Of a stretch of 64,000 nucleotides of DNA, positions 30,824 through 37,557 are shown piece by piece (position 1 is the stretch's first letter; each line of letters begins with the position of its first letter). The stretch is from assembly GCA_947372965.1 (NCBI GenBank), contig CANBVR010000001.1, forward strand, positions 653 to 64,652. The letters run 5' to 3'. The notes beneath the pieces are model-generated. The model did no database searches, was not told where the DNA came from, and saw only the letters and a program-made list of their open reading frames with translations. Position numbers and translations under genes: made by a program. Source of the stretch: Actinomycetota bacterium. GTDB taxonomy: Bacteria; Actinomycetota; Actinomycetes; Nanopelagicales; Nanopelagicaceae.

Positions 30824-31734
30824 GTGCCCGCGTAACAACTTTTGGTTCATTTATGATGGACCTTGTTGCATACACACCACGACGTCCAAAAGCGGGAGAG
30901 ACTTTCCGCGGTACCAGTTTTTCAATTGCCTTGGGTGGCAAGGGATTTAATCAAGCGATTGCTGCTGGTCGCGCCGGAGTTAAGTCGGCGATGCTTGGAA
31001 ATCTTGGCCAAGATTCATTCGGCGATGATTTTATGGCTGGGTTTAAAGCCGAAGGCGTCCAAGCAACAGATATCGAAAGATCGAAGGAGCTTGGCACCGG
31101 AGTAGGACATATTTCAGTTCAGACCACAGATGGCGATAATTCAATTATTATCATTCCGCAATCAAATGATTTAGGCGATGCCGCCTATGTAGAACGACAT
31201 AAGCAGACCATCATTGATTCAGATATTTTGTTACTTCAATTAGAGCTTCCAATAGATGGCACAGTTCATGCCGCAAAGATCGCCAAAGAAAATGGCGTAA
31301 AGGTAGTTCTAACACCAGCCCCAGTAGCGCCTCTTGACCCATACATTGGTTTGGTTGATGTTGTGGTTCCAAATGAAGGTGAAGCAGCTGAGTTGACTGG
31401 AATTACTTCAAGCGTAGAAGAACAAGCAAAAGCTCTAGCAAAGATGATGGGCTGTAAAGATATTGTTATAACTCTTGGACCAAAAGGCGCCTTTGTCACC
31501 GATGGAACAAGAAGTGAAACGATCTTGGCCCCCAAAGTAGATGCGATCGACACAGTAGGAGCTGGCGACACCATGTGTGCCAACCTTGCCGCGCGGTTGG
31601 CCCTTGGTGATGATATTTTCACCGCAGCAAAGTTTGGCGTCTATGCCGCTACGTTGAAGGTCACAAGAAAAGGTGCGGCGATGGCTTCACCAAAGCCAGA
31701 AGAAGTTCTAGCATTCATTAACTCAAACAGCTAA
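30820..31734 (+). CDS. rbsK: ribokinase (PfkB family)
   Basis: GGKGFNQA motif and the anion-hole/ATP motif DTVGAGDTMCANLA. The GTG start overlaps the upstream stop. rbsD follows. Confidence 0.8.
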   Translation: MSARVTTFGSFMMDLVAYTPRRPKAGETFRGTSFSIALGGKGFNQAIAAGRAGVKSAMLGNLGQDSFGDDFMAGFKAEGVQATDIERSKELGTGVGHISVQTTDGDNSIIIIPQSNDLGDAAYVERHKQTIIDSDILLLQLELPIDGTVHAAKIAKENGVKVVLTPAPVAPLDPYIGLVDVVVPNEGEAAELTGITSSVEEQAKALAKMMGCKDIVITLGPKGAFVTDGTRSETILAPKVDAIDTVGAGDTMCANLAARLALGDDIFTAAKFGVYAATLKVTRKGAAMASPKPEEVLAFINSNS

Positions 31735-31753
31735 GAAGAAACAAGGGGAAATA

Positions 31754-32149
31754 ATGAAATACACCGGAATCATCAATCGCGATATCTCTTCAATGGTTGC
31801 ACGTACTGGTCACTTTGATCGCATTGTTGTTTCAGATGCCGGTTTTCCAATCCCAGCTGGTGTTGAGTGCATCGATCTATCAATGGGACCAAATTTGCCA
31901 AAAGTTGTCGATGTTCTAAAGATGCTGACTCTTGAATTACCGATTGAGCAATTCTGGTTTGCCGAAGAAATTCAACCAAGCAAGGACGAGCGCGCGAAGG
32001 AACTTTCTGCGATCATGACGAAGGCTGAATGCATTCCTTTGCCACACGCAGAATTTAAGAAGCTTGCCTATGGCGCAGTTGGTGTTATTCGTACTGGTGA
32101 TTACCTTGCATGGGGCAATGTAATGATCGCCTCAGGCGTGGCTTACTAA
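31754..32149 (+). CDS. rbsD: D-ribose pyranase
   Basis: 131 aa with the MKYTGIINRDISSMVARTGHFDRIVVSDAGFPIP pattern typical of RbsD/FucU. Confidence 0.8.
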   Translation: MKYTGIINRDISSMVARTGHFDRIVVSDAGFPIPAGVECIDLSMGPNLPKVVDVLKMLTLELPIEQFWFAEEIQPSKDERAKELSAIMTKAECIPLPHAEFKKLAYGAVGVIRTGDYLAWGNVMIASGVAY

Positions 32150-32887
32150 CTCCTGAACTTCATTCGGAAGTGGATCGGCCAATCTAAAGCCTACGCTTCG
32201 GATTACGGCAATAACTTCTGGCCCACCATTTTGGCGAATCTTGGTTCTGATACGAGAAGCATGGGAATCAACAATGTGGTCAGTTCCAATACCTTTCATA
32301 ACGCCAATCGCTTCAAGGATCTGATTGCGCGAGAAGACGCGTTGCGGATTTTCCATTAACAATTGCAGAAATTGATATTCCATATTTGTGAGTTGTACAA
32401 CGTTCTCGCCGATCTTAAATAGGTGCTGGGCTAGATCCATCTGCAGAGTTCCCCAGGTCAAGATATTTGCCCGTGGTGCTCGTTGGGTCTGCCCGCGCTT
32501 TAATTGCTGGGTGATCCTTGAAGTGAGAATCTTGCTATCGATTGGCTTTGAAACGTAATCATCGGCACCAGCTCCCATAACCATCTCTTCGTCAACGACT
32601 TCATCGCGGCTAGTTAGCATGATGATTGGAACAGTTGAGGCGGCACGGACCCAGCGACAGACTTCTAGACTCTGTAATTGAGCATGGCCAAGGTGGAGAA
32701 TTACCAAACTAAAATCGTGCTGTTCAAATATTTCGCGGCTTTCAATTGGTGAAGGGGTGTCATAAACGACAAAGCCCATTAACTCAAGATGCAATCTAAC
32801 CGAAAGCCGATCATCGGGATTGTCTTCAAGGAGAAGTACGTTATTTGGTGGTGTTGTATGTTCGGTGACATCCATTTTGATGCTCAC
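32132..32887 (-). CDS. OmpR/PhoB-family response regulator, atypical (His at phospho-acceptor position), orphan
   Basis: Receiver domain (LLLEDNPDD ... SLVILHLGH ... IIMLTSRD ... DDYVSKP) plus a winged-helix output (LTNMEYQFLQLLMENPQRVFSRNQIL...VDSHASRIRTKI...IRSVGFRL). Codon 65 (32693-32695, CAC) encodes His where the family has the phosphorylated Asp. The start may be GTG at 32887 or ATG at 32875. Confidence 0.8.
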   Translation of the reverse strand: MSIKMDVTEHTTPPNNVLLLEDNPDDRLSVRLHLELMGFVVYDTPSPIESREIFEQHDFSLVILHLGHAQLQSLEVCRWVRAASTVPIIMLTSRDEVVDEEMVMGAGADDYVSKPIDSKILTSRITQQLKRGQTQRAPRANILTWGTLQMDLAQHLFKIGENVVQLTNMEYQFLQLLMENPQRVFSRNQILEAIGVMKGIGTDHIVDSHASRIRTKIRQNGGPEVIAVIRSVGFRLADPLPNEVQELVSHA

Positions 32888-33056
32888 ATTTCTCTATTAA
32901 ATGCAGGGATTTGAGAAATTTTTCGAGCTTTTGATCTGAACCCACTCCTCTTTGCTGTTCATTAGTAATTTTAGCGCCGCGTGGATTCTGAGAGGCCTTT
33001 TAGCGAGTGCTAACCCTATTTAGAATAATTTGAGGGTACGTAAAATAGAGTTGAGC

Positions 33057-33084
33057 GTGAGGAAATCGTGAGGAAATCGTGAGG
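33057..33084 (+). promoter_or_regulatory. 11-bp tandem direct repeat GTGAGGAAATC x2 plus GTGAGG (candidate OmpR-type binding site or leader element)
   Basis: Direct reading gives GTGAGGAAATC (33057-33067), GTGAGGAAATC (33068-33078) and GTGAGG (33079-33084). It lies in the 218-bp divergent intergenic region, 22 nt upstream of the ATG at 33106. A TAAAAT -10-like hexamer sits at 33041-33046. Confidence 0.5.
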
Positions 33085-33105
33085 TTTGATTAATAGGGTC
33101 CGATT

Positions 33106-33705
33106 ATGGAGCTGATTGCAAAAGAGCCTAAATCCAAGGTTTCAAGGACCCGTTTGCAAAGGCAAATTAGGACCGCGATGTTTATTTTTGCGCTTTCACT
33201 AATTATAGTTTTTTTCGCCTTGGTAACTTTATTCAATTCTTCGAATCAAAATTCAACTTGGCGCACAAAGGCGCTGAGTGCCCAGATAGCACTAAATCAA
33301 GGACAATTGGAAACTTTGGTTAAATCCGAGAAGTTGACGGTTTTTTGGGCTGGCCCAAAAGTTAACTCTTTATATACGTTAGATGCCTCAAGCTCTGATC
33401 GCACAGTAATTAGATATGTCGAAGTTAATCATTCAAAAACATCCGTATTAGGGTCGAGCCGTCAGATAGCAACTTATAAATCAGAAAACGCCTATTCCGA
33501 TGGAATTATTGCAGCATCAAGCGCGGGAAATATTGGTTTTCGAAATCCAGATGGGGCGATCGTTTTTTATGCGGCTAATCGACTCTCAAATGTTTACTTG
33601 GCAATTCCCAAAATTAAATATCAAATTGAAATCTATGACCCCATTAGGGGTCAAGCATTGAGTTTGGCGGCACTCACCGGACAAATAACCAGAATTGGAA
33701 AGTAA
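33106..33705 (+). CDS. hypothetical membrane-anchored protein (N-terminal TM, extracytoplasmic ~150-aa domain)
   Basis: 199 aa. A basic N-terminus is followed by one TM helix ([20 protein letters not shown]). I recognise no family motif. Confidence 0.55.
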   Translation: MELIAKEPKSKVSRTRLQRQIRTAMFIFALSLIIVFFALVTLFNSSNQNSTWRTKALSAQIALNQGQLETLVKSEKLTVFWAGPKVNSLYTLDASSSDRTVIRYVEVNHSKTSVLGSSRQIATYKSENAYSDGIIAASSAGNIGFRNPDGAIVFYAANRLSNVYLAIPKIKYQIEIYDPIRGQALSLAALTGQITRIGK

Positions 33706-33706
33706 A

Positions 33707-34855
33707 ATGAGCCTACAAATATCTTCAAAAGCTCTTTTGATCGTAAGTTCAATATCGCTAACGCTTGCTGCTGCAACAGGAAGTTTTGCAGTAACTGAAG
33801 CTACTGGTACGACGCACTTTATTTCCAAAGAGTTGGTGCAAAGCGCTTATGATGGTGCGGTCTGTAAAGTTGGGGCGACAGGAACATCAGGGTCGAATGG
33901 CGAGACAGGAACAACTGGCGCAGTCGGTGCTACCGGCGTAAAAGGAGATTGTGGAGCAACCGGTGCTCCCGGCGCAGATACCAAGTGGAGCGCCGTAAGC
34001 GAAGATATTGTTCCAACGGAGGATAATAAGTTTTCAATCGGCACCTTTGAAAAACGATGGAAATCTTTACAACTTGGTCCCGGCACGCTTTATATTCAAG
34101 ATAAAGTTACCGGAAATCAAGCTGGCTTAACGGTTAATGCCGGCACACTTTTACTAGATGGAGCTGACTCACTTCGTATTGGAAATATTCAATTTACAAG
34201 TACTGGACTTAAATCGACGCTTACCGATCAGGATATTACGATTGGTGCACTTGGTGATCGTGGTTATCTAACTCTTGCGAGAGCACTTAAATTTCCAGAT
34301 GGAACTTCGCAATCGACTGCAATGTTGAATGGATTGACAGGGCCACAAGGAGCTTCCGGTCCACAAGGAGCTTCCGGTCCACAAGGGCCACAGGGAATTC
34401 AAGGTGCTATTGGTTTAACGGGACCACAAGGAATCCCTGGCGTTGCAGTAAATATGAAAGGCTCGTTTGCCACCCTCGCTGCTTTTACATCAGCCGCGCT
34501 TATTGGGGCGCCCGGTGATGCGTGGATTATTGTCGCGAATGGTGCGCTAATGGTTTGGAATACGTTGACCACTTCTTGGGATGATGTTGGACATCTTCAA
34601 GGTCCACAAGGACTGAAAGGCGATACGGGAGCAACTGGCGCACCGGGAGCAACTGGCGCACCGGGAGCGACAGGACCAAAGGGCGAAACAGGAACTGCGG
34701 GAGCAACTGGCCCAGCCGGAACTATTGCCCCTTATGGAAAGCAATATGTTTGCGTTGTACCTTCAGGCACAAAGCGAGTCATGTATTGGGGAACTTGTTC
34801 AAGTCAAGGTCTGACTGGAACTGAGTATTTCATCCTTGCAACCTTCCCATTCTAG
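33707..34855 (+). CDS. secreted collagen-like triple-helix repeat protein with tail-fibre-like non-collagenous domains
   Basis: Signal-peptide-like N-terminus ([28 protein letters not shown]). It carries three uninterrupted G-X-Y runs of 11, 12 and 13 triplets. Intervening segments contain [18 protein letters not shown] and [33 protein letters not shown], patterns I associate with phage tail fibres. The ATG at 33707 follows the upstream stop by 1 nt. Confidence 0.8.
   Translation: MSLQISSKALLIVSSISLTLAAATGSFAVTEATGTTHFISKELVQSAYDGAVCKVGATGTSGSNGETGTTGAVGATGVKGDCGATGAPGADTKWSAVSEDIVPTEDNKFSIGTFEKRWKSLQLGPGTLYIQDKVTGNQAGLTVNAGTLLLDGADSLRIGNIQFTSTGLKSTLTDQDITIGALGDRGYLTLARALKFPDGTSQSTAMLNGLTGPQGASGPQGASGPQGPQGIQGAIGLTGPQGIPGVAVNMKGSFATLAAFTSAALIGAPGDAWIIVANGALMVWNTLTTSWDDVGHLQGPQGLKGDTGATGAPGATGAPGATGPKGETGTAGATGPAGTIAPYGKQYVCVVPSGTKRVMYWGTCSSQGLTGTEYFILATFPF
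33872..33973 (+). repeat. collagenous G-X-Y run 1 (11 triplets)
   Basis: Encodes [34 protein letters not shown]. Confidence 0.9.
34331..34441 (+). repeat. collagenous G-X-Y run 2 (12 triplets) containing an 18-nt perfect tandem duplication
   Basis: Encodes [37 protein letters not shown]. At the DNA level, GGTCCACAAGGAGCTTCC is tandemly repeated. Confidence 0.9.
34601..34720 (+). repeat. collagenous G-X-Y run 3 (13 triplets) containing an 18-nt tandem duplication
   Basis: Encodes [40 protein letters not shown]. At the DNA level, GGAGCAACTGGCGCACCG is present twice. Confidence 0.9.
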
Positions 34856-34867
34856 GAAGGTAAATAA

Positions 34868-35722
34868 TTAAGCTTGGTAGTTTTTGAAGTGATTGGTGAT
34901 CTGGCCAATTCCATCAATGCCGGTCACAACAGTCTCGCCACCTTTTAGATATTTGGTTGGCTTGAAGCCCATACCAACACCTTGCGGGGTACCAGTGTTG
35001 ATGATATCGCCGGCGCAAAGTTCCATAACCTGGGAGATATACCAAACGCAGTAAGAGATATCAAAGATCATGTCATTGGTATTTGAATCTTGACGAGTCT
35101 CACCATCTACGGTGCACCAGACGCGAAGATTTTCTGGGTTTGGCATCTCATCTGTAGTCACAATCCAAGGACCAACCGGATTAAAGGTTGGGAAAGACTT
35201 TCCCTTTACCCATTGGCCACCACGTTCAACTTGCCAATAGCGTTCAGAGACATCTTGAGAAACCGTGTAACCAAGGATGTAATCCTTAGCCTCTTCTGGT
35301 GACTTTAGATAAAGCGCCTTCTTCTTCATTACGACACAGATCTCAACTTCATAATCCGTCTTCTCTGAATTTGGCGGAACAATTACATCATCATTGCCAC
35401 CAACAACTGTATCTGGCGCCTTCATAAAGATAATTGGTTCTTTTGGTGATTCAGCGCCGGTTTCTGCCGCATGTTGGGCGTAATTAAGACCAACACAAAT
35501 TGCCTTTGTTGGGCGAGCAACTGGTGAACCTAGTCGGTAATCAGAAATCTTTACCCGGGGGCGAGATGAAAGGTCTAGCTTTGCAACCTTCTCGTAGGCA
35601 CCGGCTTCGAGTTCAACGCGGTTCCAATCTGCGATCACATCATCGATAAATACCGCTTCGGTTTCACTAACGATTACAGCCGGCTTCTCGCGGTTAAATT
35701 CACCAAGACGTGCGATGCGCAT
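34868..35722 (-). CDS. fumarylacetoacetate hydrolase (FAH) family enzyme (2-keto-3-deoxy-pentonate dehydratase XylX-like or diketo-acid hydrolase)
   Basis: 284 aa with the FAH-fold C-terminal domain pattern KAICVGLNYAQHAAE, DYEVEICVVM, GKSFPTFNPVGPW and GDIINTGTPQGVG. Confidence 0.75.
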   Translation of the reverse strand: MRIARLGEFNREKPAVIVSETEAVFIDDVIADWNRVELEAGAYEKVAKLDLSSRPRVKISDYRLGSPVARPTKAICVGLNYAQHAAETGAESPKEPIIFMKAPDTVVGGNDDVIVPPNSEKTDYEVEICVVMKKKALYLKSPEEAKDYILGYTVSQDVSERYWQVERGGQWVKGKSFPTFNPVGPWIVTTDEMPNPENLRVWCTVDGETRQDSNTNDMIFDISYCVWYISQVMELCAGDIINTGTPQGVGMGFKPTKYLKGGETVVTGIDGIGQITNHFKNYQA

Positions 35723-35799
35723 CTCATTCCCTTTCGCTTCAAGTTCTAGTAGATTTCCGATCGTAAGGATCAGAATAAGAGCCTATCAAACTATTTATC

Positions 35800-37545
35800 T
35801 TGAGAGATTGGAAATCCGTGAGCGAGAAGGAATATGCCCGCCGAAGTGAAAATTGGTTTAAGGCAGAAGGCAAGCACGGATATATCTATCGCGAACGTTT
35901 TCGTAATATGGGCTTTGGCTCCGAAGTTTTCTCAGATAAACCTGTAATTGGAATTGCCACAACTTGGTCAGAGCTAAATCCTTGCAATGCCCACCTAGAT
36001 CGCGTTGCCGAAGCGGTTAAGCGCGGAGTCTGGGAAGCGGGCGGTTTTCCACTCGAATTTCCTACGATGTCACTTGGCGAGCCAGTGCAACGTCCAACCA
36101 CAATGCTCTGGCGCAACTTGCTTGCGATGGAGACCGAAGAGTTAATTCGTTCTAATCCTTTAGATGGCGTAATTCTTCTTGCAGGTTGCGATAAGACACC
36201 ACCGGGAATGTTGATGGGCGCAGCATCTGTCGATCTACCTACTTTGATGATCACTGGCGGACCGATGTTAAACGGTCGCTACAAAGGTGAAACCCTAGGT
36301 TCTGGAACTGCCGTTTGGAAATACTCTGAACAAATTCGCGCCGGCAAATTAAGTATTGAAGAGTTCTTCCAGATGGAATCTTGCTCTGCTCGTTCAAATG
36401 GTTCATGTATGACGATGGGAACTGCCTCAACTATGGCTTGCGTGACCGAAGCCCTTGGCGTTCAACTCCCAGGCTCTGCTGCAATCCCTGCCGTGGATGC
36501 TCGCCGATTCTCAACTTCACAAGAAGCCGGCCGTCGTATTGTTCAAATGGTTTATGACGATCAGAAACTCTCAACAGTTCTAACTCGCGAAGCTTTCGAA
36601 AATGCTATCAAAGTAAATGCTGCAATCGGTGGTTCTACGAATGCGGTAGTTCATCTACTTGCAATCGCCGGACGAATCGGTGTTGATCTTGAACTAGATG
36701 ATTTCGATCGCCTAGCCCGCGAAGTACCAGTACTCGTTAACTTGATGCCATCTGGAAAGTATTTGATGGAAGAGTTCTTTGATGCCGGTGGCCTTCCTGC
36801 TGTTATGAAGGAGATCGAAGGCATGCTCCACACCGAGCACATCACGGTTTCTGGAAAGAGCGTTAAGGAAAATATTAAAGAAGCTGAATCCTGGAATAAG
36901 GATGTAATTACACCTGCATCGGCGCCATTCCAAAAGGCCGGTTCTGGAATTGTTGTACTCAAGGGATCACTTGCACCAGATGGTTGTGTTTTAAAGGTTT
37001 CCGCCGCAACCCCAGAGTTGATGGTTCACACCGGACCAGCTTTAGTATTTGAAGAGATTGAAGATTATTTAATTGCCTCTGAAGATATGAATCTTCCAGT
37101 TACTAAAGATACGGTACTAGTTCTTAAGCATGCTGGTCCTCGTGGATTCCCAGGATTTCCAGAAGTTGGAAATATGCCAATCCCGCGCAAACTTCTCGAA
37201 CAGGGAATTACCGACATGGTTCGCATCTCTGATGCACGTATGTCAGGTACTGCTTACGGAACTGTTCTATTACATACATCTCCTGAAGCCGCAGTCGGTG
37301 GACCACTTGCACTTGCTAGAACTGGCGACATGATCGAACTCAATGTGCCAAATCGTTCAATTAATATCTTGGTCTCAGAAGAAGAGATGGCAAAGCGCAA
37401 AGCTGAGTGGAAAGCACCAGAACCTAAATACACACGTGGCTGGGGTAAGTTGTATTACGAGACTGTCGAGCAAGCCCACCTTGGTGCAGATTTAGATTTC
37501 CTTCGTGGCTCATCCGGCAGCTACATTCCACGCCACTCGCATTAA
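35800..37545 (+). CDS. IlvD/Edd-family sugar-acid dehydratase (pentonate/hexonate dehydratase-like) copy 1
   Basis: 581 aa with PVIGIATTWSELNPCNAHL, LLAGCDKTPPGMLMG (Fe-S Cys), SCSARSNGSCMTMGTASTM and ISDARMSGTAYGT. The start is uncertain (TTG at 35800 or GTG at 35818). Confidence 0.8.
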   Translation: MRDWKSVSEKEYARRSENWFKAEGKHGYIYRERFRNMGFGSEVFSDKPVIGIATTWSELNPCNAHLDRVAEAVKRGVWEAGGFPLEFPTMSLGEPVQRPTTMLWRNLLAMETEELIRSNPLDGVILLAGCDKTPPGMLMGAASVDLPTLMITGGPMLNGRYKGETLGSGTAVWKYSEQIRAGKLSIEEFFQMESCSARSNGSCMTMGTASTMACVTEALGVQLPGSAAIPAVDARRFSTSQEAGRRIVQMVYDDQKLSTVLTREAFENAIKVNAAIGGSTNAVVHLLAIAGRIGVDLELDDFDRLAREVPVLVNLMPSGKYLMEEFFDAGGLPAVMKEIEGMLHTEHITVSGKSVKENIKEAESWNKDVITPASAPFQKAGSGIVVLKGSLAPDGCVLKVSAATPELMVHTGPALVFEEIEDYLIASEDMNLPVTKDTVLVLKHAGPRGFPGFPEVGNMPIPRKLLEQGITDMVRISDARMSGTAYGTVLLHTSPEAAVGGPLALARTGDMIELNVPNRSINILVSEEEMAKRKAEWKAPEPKYTRGWGKLYYETVEQAHLGADLDFLRGSSGSYIPRHSH

Positions 37546-37557
37546 GTAACGGAGAAA

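Noticed and set aside
33030-33056. Additional TGAGG/TTGAG-like words upstream of the 11-bp repeat as extra half-sites
   Set aside because: Their spacing from the repeat (27 and 6 nt) is not a multiple of 11, and the matches are only 5 nt long.
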